A DNA stretch of 61,566 bases from Chloroflexota bacterium. Lineage in GTDB: Bacteria > Chloroflexota > Anaerolineae > Aggregatilineales > UBA2796. The position numbers and the translations under genes are program-made. The notes beneath the pieces were generated by a model that saw only the letters and a list, made by a program, of their open reading frames with translations, was not told the origin of the DNA and did not search any database. The stretch is taken from the NCBI GenBank assembly GCA_040007395.1, contig JBDTVG010000179.1, positions 1-61,566 on the forward strand, written 5' to 3'. Position 1 is the stretch's first letter; every line of letters begins with the position of its first letter. Positions 36,943-45,800 of the stretch are shown piece after piece.

Positions 36943-37260
36943 GATATAAGACAGCCTGTAAGGTGCTTTGCTTGGTCATCGCCTGACGAGGCTATCACAG
37001 ACTACCTTATGCCGTTGTGACCCGATCTAAGCAAATGGGTCTCTTGGCAGCGTTTGTAGCGTATGGCAAAGGGCCGCCAGTGGCGGTTGAAAGGCACATC
37101 CAGCGAGTCGCCAAGCGGCACATTTCACAACGTGTCAAGAATCTATCGGGTCAGGTTGTGGTCAGAATTGGGACTAAAGCTAGCGAGGGGCTGCGGGCAA
37201 GAGAGCCGTACACCTATATACTTTTGGACCATAGGGTAATGGTAAACAAGGTTCGATCCG

Positions 37261-37716
37261 ATGTCCAAACGCCGGATATTTACTATTCAGCACACCGCCT
37301 ACTTCAGTACCGAGATGTGGGCGCTGCTTCAACAACTTGCCAACCATCGAGGCAATGGCTGTACTGAAAATGACCTTATCCGTGAAGCAGTGCGCGGTCT
37401 GATCGATAATGAAAGTGGCATCATTGGCAGTCGCCGTCACTTCCAAAAATCCCTTCAAGAGCGTGTTGAGGCGCTTGAAACGACTCTTTCAATGGCCTCA
37501 GAACAATCCACGCATTTAATCGTGTTTTATCTGAATATCATCATTCAACTACTCGCCTTTGGCTTGGCTCACCTCATTTCACTGTTGAGCAAGCATCAGA
37601 TTTCTCCACAACAGCTTATTCAGAGAGCTGTCATCGAAGCCCGAAAAGAAGAACGGGTCTTTGCCGAACAAGTCCAAGCAGTTCGAGCGATGGACATTCC
37701 TGAGAAGTCCTCATGA
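37261..37716 (+). CDS. Putative relaxosome accessory protein (about 150 aa). Its stop overlaps the relaxase start.
   Basis: Position and ATGA coupling to the relaxase. N-terminal region compatible with a small DNA-binding fold. Inference. Confidence 0.35.
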   Translation: MSKRRIFTIQHTAYFSTEMWALLQQLANHRGNGCTENDLIREAVRGLIDNESGIIGSRRHFQKSLQERVEALETTLSMASEQSTHLIVFYLNIIIQLLAFGLAHLISLLSKHQISPQQLIQRAVIEARKEERVFAEQVQAVRAMDIPEKSS

Positions 37717-38450
37717 GCAAAGCGACCATTGTCTTCGATCTGGCTTTCTCATCTTGGAAAGGACAGCGTGGATCTGGCTCGACTGGCTATACCGAGCTAA
37801 AAGCCCGTTTGAAATACTTTCAATATCGAAATGATCGCAATGGGCATATCCCGCAAGAAGAAGGCTTGGAACGCTGGACAGATCGCGGCTTGGGGCCGAG
37901 TTGGGGCGACATCTTGAGCAATTGTCAAGCGCTTGGTTCGGAGAAAGTGTTGGCGTGGACGCTCGTGGTCAGCCCCGCCCCAGACTTGATGGCGCTCGTA
38001 CCGGAAGGGCAGCGTCCTGAGCTAGTCAAGTCTATCACGGAGCAGATTGTCGAGACCTATTACACCGAACGTGGTGTCGAGGTACCTGAATACTCCTACG
38101 TGTTACATGACCGACTTACGAACGGCAGCCAAAACGGTGGTGACAGAATACAGCAACTGCATACCCATGTGGTGCTGCCAGGCACGGTTCCCGTTGTCGA
38201 AGGAGGGCGCGAACCCTTCTATAACCGCAGTCGCAAAGGCCATTTTGAGCAGCTTCGAGACATTACCAACACGACCTTTGCAACGGCATTGGACAAGCGC
38301 ATCGGCCCTGAGTGGCGAAATTTAAGAGTGCCTGAAAGACCCCTGCTCGAACCAATCGTCCCCCTACCTGAAATTAGCGACGCTGATGGGCGCAGTGTTT
38401 CTGAACTGGATCGTTGGTTCCCGCGTCCCCCTACGCGGGAGATAGAGTAG
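37713..38450 (+). CDS. Small relaxase/mobilisation nuclease (MobA/VirD2-like, MOBP/Q-type).
   Basis: Motif I-like segment with Tyr (SSWKGQRGSGSTGYTELKARLKYFQYR) and a histidine-triad-like motif (IQQLHTHVVLPG). Confidence 0.55.
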   Translation: MSKATIVFDLAFSSWKGQRGSGSTGYTELKARLKYFQYRNDRNGHIPQEEGLERWTDRGLGPSWGDILSNCQALGSEKVLAWTLVVSPAPDLMALVPEGQRPELVKSITEQIVETYYTERGVEVPEYSYVLHDRLTNGSQNGGDRIQQLHTHVVLPGTVPVVEGGREPFYNRSRKGHFEQLRDITNTTFATALDKRIGPEWRNLRVPERPLLEPIVPLPEISDADGRSVSELDRWFPRPPTREIE

Positions 38451-38461
38451 AAGGCGCTTAT

Positions 38462-38704
38462 ATGTGGCATAAATTGCATGACACGCTCAAAGGCTATGTC
38501 CCGTTGATGATCGGCGCAGGGACAATTATCTTGGTTATCGATAGCATCGTTTTCTTTTTGCATCGTCTTTTAGGCCTCGACAAGGGGACAGCGTTCTACT
38601 TGGCTGTTCTACTGCTCTGCTGTATCGCCTATCTGGCGCTTTATCACCAAGCTTATCACCCTCAACCAGACGAGGCAGATTCCGAAACATCACAAGACCG
38701 CTAG
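38462..38704 (+). CDS. Small two-TM membrane protein (about 80 aa) between the relaxase and the coupling protein.
   Basis: SD agaaggcg before the ATG. Two hydrophobic helices (LMIGAGTIILVIDSIVFFL; AFYLAVLLLCCIAYLALY). Confidence 0.35.
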   Translation: MWHKLHDTLKGYVPLMIGAGTIILVIDSIVFFLHRLLGLDKGTAFYLAVLLLCCIAYLALYHQAYHPQPDEADSETSQDR

Positions 38705-38739
38705 CGTCGGATCGCGGTGTAGAAGGGAGTCATTCTACG

Positions 38740-40917
38740 ATGTTCTTCTGGCTGTTCACGGAAGGTCGAGCACTGGTATCCGGCCTGCTTTGTCCACTCA
38801 GCGTTTTGGCGGTGTTGATTCCAGTCGCGGTGACATTCATTTTAGGGGTGGGTATTCAACGCCGTGCCGAAGGTACACCACTCAGTACCAACGGTTGGTT
38901 ATCGTTGGCTAAATGGGTGGCTTTTATTGCGTCTACTATTGGCGCAGCGTCGCTCTATATCTCGCTGCTTGGTGGACTGGCCGTTCAGCGAGCGACAGTT
39001 CACCAAAAGCCATGGGTCGGGTTGCTCAGCGCATTGGTCGGTGGACCTATGACGATCAACCAGCCACGCCTGCTCATCATGGGGAGTGGCTTGTGGATTA
39101 CCCTGCTGTTCTTGAATATGGCGCTCTGGCAAGGGTTGCGGAATGGCGGTTGGTTGCGTGAGTGGATCGACACCCTGCGCCGTCCTAGCCAGCAGCGGGG
39201 CGAAATGGGATCGGCCCATCTGTGTACGCGCCGGGAATATCGCCGTTATCGCCGCGTTGACCCGGAAGGAATCACCTTTTTGGGTGCGTACTGGGGCGAA
39301 CGCAACCTACGTCTCGATGTGGGCTGGGGTCGTTTTTGTCTGAGTAGTGAAGATGCCGCAAGGGGTGTTTTAACGCTTGGTTCGCCCGGTTCAGGGAAAA
39401 CGCAGGCCGTCATTTTACCTGTGATTGCTGACCGAATGCTGGCAGGACACAGCCTGATTGTGGCTGATCCGCAAGGTGAATTGACCCCGCATGTGATGCG
39501 CTTTGCCAAACGAACACACCATTTGGTCGTAGTGCATGATCCCACCAGTCGCGATGGCCCACGCTACAACCTCGCCGCCGGCCTCACCACTATTCCTGCG
39601 GCGGCTGCTATTGCTAAGGTGTTGATCCCCGGTACCCAAGGTGACAATAAATTTTGGTCCGACGCTGCCACCGATCTGCTCTCCGCTTGCTTGATTCGCT
39701 TTGACAACCTCGGTGAGATAAAAGCCGCGTTGGATGATCCCATGACGCTGTCGAAAAAGCTGACCGAGCCACGCGATGACGCAACGCTGGCCGCCAGCGC
39801 TTTCATTGCCAGCGTATCGAGCGATGGCAAAGTCGCGTCCAATACGATTGCGACCCTCGGCACAGCCTTGACGGGCTGGGCCTCTGCCGAAGTCCGCAAG
39901 AATACGAGCGTCTCTGATTTCAATGCGGATTTGATCGTATCGCAAAAGACGATTGTGGTCCTGACCTGCCCCGGTGAGATGCGGGAAGTGTATGCGCCGT
40001 ATCTTGGCGCAACCCTGCGTAAATTGATGCGGGACTTGGATCGCATCGGGGAACAGAATAAAGATCCGCGTCAACCCGGAGCGCTGCCTGTGCCAGTCGG
40101 CATCATCCTCGATGAATTTCCCACACTGGGGCGACTCGATTCGCTTGTGTCTGACGTGAACCTCGTGCGAAAACGAAGGATAAGTATTCTCATTGGTGCC
40201 CAGACCAAAGGCCAATTTCACCTGATCTATGGCGACGAGGCGACCAAAGCACTCTTAACCGGCTTGGCGACGCAAATCGTTTATGGGGCGTGTGACCATG
40301 ACACCGCCGAGTTTTACAGCAAAGCTTCTGGGACTGCCACCGTTGATACCGATCCCGATCCACATAAAGCCAGCCTGCGGCAGCGGCCCTTACTTACTGC
40401 TGATGAAATCGTTAATCCACAGCACGGTAACTGCACGATCTTTTCGCGTTTTGTAGAAGCTAACCATGCACTGCAAGTTATCTTTCAGGCCGAGCTAACC
40501 CGGCTGTACGAACGCGAAGATTGGCAGGAGCATCTGGCAGCTTCGCAAAATAACGAACCCATGATCTTAAAACGTGGCATTTGCCTGACGTTGCCTACTG
40601 TGGCACAATCTGAGGCAGTATCGAGCTTCTCACCACCACCAACGACCTTATCCTCTCCACCGCCTGCATCCCAACATGCTATGCAGACCACAACCGCACA
40701 GCGTTTGAGTCAACCCAGCGCAGATGAGTTGGATGCTATTTTTGGGTCCTCTGAAACCGATTTAGCGATGGTTGAACAGTTGCAGAAAGTGCGACAGCAG
40801 CGTGAAATAGCCAATCACACAAATGTGTTACAGGCGGCAGGTATCATAACGACTACCGTAGACACGTTTAAGAGCAATCTGCATGGAACAGGAGCGCAGA
40901 AAAATGACCTCGACTGA
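38740..40917 (+). CDS. Type IV coupling protein (VirD4/TraG/TraD family).
   Basis: N-terminal TM helices, Walker A GSPGSGKTQ, the T4CP DPKGE motif as DPQGEL, and Walker B ILDEFPTLG. Confidence 0.85.
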   Translation: MFFWLFTEGRALVSGLLCPLSVLAVLIPVAVTFILGVGIQRRAEGTPLSTNGWLSLAKWVAFIASTIGAASLYISLLGGLAVQRATVHQKPWVGLLSALVGGPMTINQPRLLIMGSGLWITLLFLNMALWQGLRNGGWLREWIDTLRRPSQQRGEMGSAHLCTRREYRRYRRVDPEGITFLGAYWGERNLRLDVGWGRFCLSSEDAARGVLTLGSPGSGKTQAVILPVIADRMLAGHSLIVADPQGELTPHVMRFAKRTHHLVVVHDPTSRDGPRYNLAAGLTTIPAAAAIAKVLIPGTQGDNKFWSDAATDLLSACLIRFDNLGEIKAALDDPMTLSKKLTEPRDDATLAASAFIASVSSDGKVASNTIATLGTALTGWASAEVRKNTSVSDFNADLIVSQKTIVVLTCPGEMREVYAPYLGATLRKLMRDLDRIGEQNKDPRQPGALPVPVGIILDEFPTLGRLDSLVSDVNLVRKRRISILIGAQTKGQFHLIYGDEATKALLTGLATQIVYGACDHDTAEFYSKASGTATVDTDPDPHKASLRQRPLLTADEIVNPQHGNCTIFSRFVEANHALQVIFQAELTRLYEREDWQEHLAASQNNEPMILKRGICLTLPTVAQSEAVSSFSPPPTTLSSPPPASQHAMQTTTAQRLSQPSADELDAIFGSSETDLAMVEQLQKVRQQREIANHTNVLQAAGIITTTVDTFKSNLHGTGAQKNDLD

Positions 40918-41212
40918 GCGTCCAGCCCTGACAAAAAGACGCATGGTGCAGTTAATCCATTATCGCACTCGGCTTACCCACAAACAGGTCACCAACGTAC
41001 TGGAAGCGTTCATCGAGTTGGTCAGTCAGGAAATTGCCACAGAAGGGCGTGTGGAGCTAGAAAACTTCCTGACGCTCGATGTAAAAACGGTGAAACATCG
41101 CAGTCCTTACGGGAGTGCGGTGATTGCTTATAAGGCAGTCCGCTGCCGACCCGGACGACGGTTGCGTGCAATGCTGCGTGAAAACCCGCCAGGAAACCAT
41201 AAACGACGGTAA
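40904..41212 (+). CDS. HU/IHF-family DNA-bending protein.
   Basis: LTKRRMVQLI...KQVTNVLEAF...GRVELENFLTLDVKTVKHRSPYGSAVIAYKAVRCRPGRRLR matches the HU/IHF arm and body. The ATG at 40904 is preceded by caggagcg. Confidence 0.7.
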   Translation: MTSTERPALTKRRMVQLIHYRTRLTHKQVTNVLEAFIELVSQEIATEGRVELENFLTLDVKTVKHRSPYGSAVIAYKAVRCRPGRRLRAMLRENPPGNHKRR

Positions 41213-41227
41213 ATCGGAAGGTATCCC

Positions 41228-41947
41228 ATGCGTGTGGTAATCGTGGATGACAATGAGGTCGCTCAGAATTTTGCCATCAAGATCTTGTGCAGCCATCAGA
41301 TTGATGTTCTTGCGTTCAGCAATTCTATTGAAGCGCTGAATTATTTGACCACCCATGAGCCTGATGCGGTCTTGATCGATTACATGCTACCCGGTGGGCC
41401 TGACGGCCTTAAACTGGCGGCGCAGGTTCGCCGCCTCTATCCGGCGTGCATCATTATTATGATAAGCGCCTACGCCCAGATAGAGGATGTGGTGGAGGCC
41501 ATGCGGATTGGTTGTGACGATTTCTTATTCAAGAAAAATCTTCAGCCAGAGGAATTGTTAAACCGGATCGGCAGTGCGGTGATGCAGCGGAAGGCGTGGT
41601 TCCCCGCCCCGACTCCGACGCGCTTATCAGACGGGGAAATGTACCTCGACGTGGAAGCCTATCGGGCGGTCTGGTACGGCGCGGAGTTGACCCTCACCCC
41701 AACGCAATTCAATGTGCTGATTCAATTACTCTCGAAGCCTGGTCATATTTTTAATTATGGCGAACTGTATGCGCGGTGTACGGGAATACGGCTGGCTCCC
41801 GGTGAGGCACGCTCCAAACTTAAAACGCACATTATCAACTTACGCCAGAAACTCGAACAGGAGGAGCATCCCCGCACCATCTGGAATGTGCGCGGTGCTG
41901 GCTATAAATGGGAAATCCGCAGTGAGCCGTTGCCAGATGATGGCTGA
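41228..41947 (+). CDS. OmpR-family response regulator (REC plus winged-helix trans_reg_C).
   Basis: REC domain with D at IVDDN/LIDY. C-terminal LTPTQFNVLIQLLSKPGHIFNYGELY...IWNVRGAGYKW. Confidence 0.8.
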   Translation: MRVVIVDDNEVAQNFAIKILCSHQIDVLAFSNSIEALNYLTTHEPDAVLIDYMLPGGPDGLKLAAQVRRLYPACIIIMISAYAQIEDVVEAMRIGCDDFLFKKNLQPEELLNRIGSAVMQRKAWFPAPTPTRLSDGEMYLDVEAYRAVWYGAELTLTPTQFNVLIQLLSKPGHIFNYGELYARCTGIRLAPGEARSKLKTHIINLRQKLEQEEHPRTIWNVRGAGYKWEIRSEPLPDDG

Positions 41948-41982
41948 TGGCGGACAGACATAATGATGAGTACTCGCAAAAC

Positions 41983-42345
41983 ATGAAAATACTGTACATT
42001 GAGGACAATCCGACGGCCGTCAAAAATGTCCAACGGCTGGCGGCCCTGATAGGCTGTGAGTGCTTAGTGGCAGTCACGGGAGCGCAGGGTCTAGCCTTAC
42101 TCGATGACCGCCCGGATATCGTCTTGACCGATATGGAGTTACCGGATTATGACGGCATTCCCCTTATCCGCGAAATCCGGTCAAGGGGTTCCACCGTTCC
42201 AATTATTGCTATCACGGGTTTTGCGTTGGTGGGTGAACGTGAGCAGTGTTTCGAGGCAGGCTGCAACGAGTATCTGCGTAAACCCTATGAGCTATCCGCG
42301 TTGATGGACTTACTCAGGCGTTACGGACCCGCCACCAGCAGTTAA
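41983..42345 (+). CDS. Single-domain CheY-like response regulator (the six-frame ORF begins at 41947).
   Basis: MKILYIEDNP...DIVLTDMELPDYDG...K motifs of REC domains. Confidence 0.7.
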   Translation: MKILYIEDNPTAVKNVQRLAALIGCECLVAVTGAQGLALLDDRPDIVLTDMELPDYDGIPLIREIRSRGSTVPIIAITGFALVGEREQCFEAGCNEYLRKPYELSALMDLLRRYGPATSS

Positions 42346-42641
42346 TATCTTCTGTAGTCATGATTTGTACCTTTCTTTAGCTTCGATATCTAAAGTTTGG
42401 CACTTTTCATGGCTATTTCAACCCGCACCATTGGTTATTATAACTCGACACCAAAAGTGTTTTCCGAGCCTTGACCCGCTCGAAGGAGGTATGGACCAGC
42501 CGATGAGCCTCAATCGCTATGGCCGGGTGCAAGGCAATATCGTCAATAGAGTCGATTCAAGTGGATTAATTATGGGAATATCATCCTATTGTTAAATGTA
42601 ATTTTTGTGCAAATAGATACACTAAGATTTAACCAAACTAC

Positions 42642-42670
42642 TTGACAACTTGTGAGCGCCTAGTTATTAT
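42642..42670 (+). promoter_or_regulatory. Sigma70-like promoter (TTGACA-17 nt-TATTAT) in the AT-rich region upstream of the giant RHS gene.
   Basis: Hexamers read directly from the sequence with a 17-nt spacer. No experimental support. Confidence 0.35.
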
Positions 42671-42824
42671 CCCCTAAACAAAGACATTTCCCATTCAAAA
42701 AAGCTTCTCTGTTATACACGGGAAAGGGCTTGAGCTATTATGTTCCTCAGGCGCTGCTAGTTCCCCTACTAGTCAAAGTTGCTTTTTCATCTAATTCTGA
42801 ACACTTACCTTGAGAAGGCTACTC

Positions 42825-45800
42825 ATGACCTATCGGTGGATCACGTCGCTGCGCCGTTCGTTGAATCTTGTCCTTATCCTCGGCCTCGGTATCAACCCAC
42901 TGACACCGATTATTCTCTTGAGAGCCTCGCTCGAAAACGGAAAATCTACTGCCAGTGTTGTCAGTCCCGAAATTGCTTCGGCGGCAGGAGCAACAGCATC
43001 AGCGATTATACCCCCCTCGATACCTGCCAAGTCGCCCGTAGCGAGTGTGTCATCTGCCACCAGCAATTCATGCGATACTAGCCTTGCTATAAAACGGGTG
43101 GGTTTTATGAACATCGGTACTAGTACCGGTTGGACTTATTCCTCTTCAATCTCTGGTAATGGGCGTTATGTCGTTTATACAACCCACAGTAGTCCTTATA
43201 ATCTCAATGAAGATGACTATGAGGATATTAGTCTTTTTGACAGACAAACATGCACAAACACCGGGATTATCTCTACTAGATATGTACCCAACAACTCATT
43301 TGCAATGGAACCTGCCATTTCAGCAGATGGGCGATATGTCGCTTTTATTTCTGGTGGTAGCGCTATAGTACCTAATGATACGAATAATGTTGCAGATGTC
43401 TTTGTCTATGATAGAGACACTCCACAAGGAGGCTCTCACTTTACACGGGCCTCAGTTAGCTCTACGGGGATACAGGCGAATGGTCCTTCTATCGGAAGTA
43501 ACTGGCCTATTTATAATCGCACACTATCAATTTCAGCCGATGGACGTTATGTAGCATTTATTTCTGATGCGAGTAATTTATCGCCAAGCGATACTAATCA
43601 AGATCCAGATGCTTTTGTGCATGATATGGTAACAGGCGAAACATCCCGTGTATCGGTACAAACGGGTGGTGGGCAAGTAGATGGTAACTCTGTGGGAATA
43701 GATGCTATTTCCATTTCTACACCGACTTACGACAATGCACAGCTTCCACAGGATGGCCCTATTGTGGCGTTCTCCTCGAATAGCACGCAACTGGTCTCAT
43801 CTGATAACAATAATTACTCTGACGTTTTTATCCACAACATGAAAACAAATATAACAAGTCGTATTTCTACAAACATAAATGGACAAGAGGCAAATAATAA
43901 TAGCGATAGTCCGTCAATTTCGGCTAACGGTGGCTATGTTGTTTTTCGCTCCGATGCCACAAATTTAGTTGATAATTCATATAATAACCAAGGGGATCTA
44001 TTCCTCTATAAAATTCCAACCGCTACCTTAGCCGCCACTATCACACTAATTACGATGGGTTATGACGGATCTCACACGGATTATGGGTCACGTTTGCCCG
44101 ATATTTCAGCCAATGGTCGGTTTATAACTTTTGCTAGCCAAGCAACCCATTTGGTTTCTGGCTATGACATCAGCGGTGCTCAGTATAATTTCTATAGATA
44201 TGACAGTAAAACAAAAACAACGACCCTATTGAATATAGCTTTTGATGGTCGCTATTTGGGTGGATTAGCACTAACAGCTTCACTTGATTTTTCGGTCACA
44301 ATTTCTGATGATGGGATCAATGCTGCATTTCCTTTTTGGAATTACCTTGGCCCACATAGACTAACCCCACCTGAGTTCCTTGATATATTTCCTCACGCTA
44401 ACCCATCTATCTTTGTGACAAGTATTTTACCGAGCAATCTCGATGCCGTCTCTGGGGATAACCTAGATAGTACCTGCTTGGACTCTAATACCGCTCATCA
44501 GGCGCAAGCCTTCGTGGGTCATTCGCCCAATATTAACCCGCTCACCGGAAATTATGCCTATTCGACCACTGATCTGACCATCCACAGTGAAGGCGATCCG
44601 ATCAGCTTCCGTCGGATCTATTCGACCCATCGGCTCGGTTACACCACTGATAACGACGATATGCTTGGCCCGGGTTGGACTCATAATTTTGATATACGCC
44701 TTCTTTTCAGTTCGCCAGATGCGGTGACTCTCCAATCCTGCAATGGTGCCCGACAGCGTTTCAACAGGGATGGAAATGGCATCTATACGCCGGAGCCAGG
44801 TCTACTGGCGAGTTTAACGGTCGCAACAGGATCGAATGGTGGTTATGTCGTCAAGCTACGTAATCAGACTACATACGTATTCAATGCTCAGGGGCAACTC
44901 ACTCAAATCACACGTGTACCCGGTCTGAAGACTGAGTGGAACGTTTTAAATTTTTCCTATTACACTAATCTCCCCGCAACTGCCTCTAGCGTTGAAAAGC
45001 GCTTGGCATGGATTAAATTTGACAATTTTCGCAACGAAAATGGCACACAACCAGAGCGCTATCTAAGATTTTGCTATTACGATAGCGGGCGGTTGAACTC
45101 GGTGATCGACACTCAGTTGCCGGACTCAACTGCGCCAGACTACTGGAACGATTGCCCAGAGACTAGCAGTACAAATATCGTTCGCGCAAAAGTGAAATTT
45201 ATTTACTCAAATGGTTATGATAATAGCCTTGGCAATTTAATCGCTGCGCGTGATGTTCGTGGACAGGTATGGGACTATATCTATGGACAAACTATTGCAG
45301 ATAAGCCATATCTGACCAAAGTACTCAGCCCATTAGATTACCCCGAAGGTGCAGACCAACCGTGGATAGAGAAACAAGAATATAACTCTGATGACGGGCG
45401 GCTTCTAAGACAATTCAACGGCAATAACAATTTAACTGTCGAATTGTCGCCTCAATCTAATAGTAAACTTCGCATTGATGTTAAGGATGGTCGGGCTAAC
45501 ACACAAACTTATTTCTACAATACGCTGAACAGCTTCGCGGGTATCGAATACCCATTTAAACCCGTAGGAGCGACCGCAACTACCACAATACAAACTGAAA
45601 CACGCTACGACGAAAATTATCGACCAGTGTATCGTAAAGATGGCAACGACAATGTCACCCGGTTAGAGTGGAGTGCCAACGGGCACAACCTGAAATCGAT
45701 TACGGACGCACTGAATCAGACTACGAGCTACGAATACGATACTGCTACTAACAACCTGCTAAAGATTTCCAATCTTGCAGGGAAGAGAAGGACCACTGAG

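Larger units (their letters stand above)
12821..41212. mobile_element. Putative integrative and mobilizable element of about 28 kb inserted at the 3-prime end of tRNA-Met. Contents: serine recombinase, regulator, defence-like cargo, E1/E2 cassette, methyltransferase-helicase, PrimPol, candidate oriT, relaxase, T4CP and HU/IHF. The right boundary is not defined by a repeat.
   Basis: The recombinase abuts and overlaps the tRNA. Relaxase plus VirD4-type coupling protein are present without VirB4/T4SS channel genes. The cargo has a plasmid/ICE flavour. An AT-rich break lies at 42.35-42.8 kb. Confidence 0.45.

Noticed and set aside
36453-36944. Six-frame ORF of 163 aa across the hairpin cluster.
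   Set aside because: It is composed almost entirely of consecutive perfect palindromes. No RBS, and its codon composition is atypical. Interpreted as a structured DNA/RNA element (candidate oriT) rather than protein-coding.
39415-40221. Minus-strand ORFs (39415..40221, 39564..40046) inside the coupling-protein gene.
   Set aside because: Shadow frames. The plus strand encodes Walker A/B and the DPQGE T4CP motif.
41200-42810. Direct repeat of the tRNA-Met 3-prime end that would define attR of the element.
   Set aside because: Not seen by eye between 41.2 and 42.8 kb. Serine-recombinase att sites need only a 2-bp crossover, so the absence is not informative. The boundary is left undefined.
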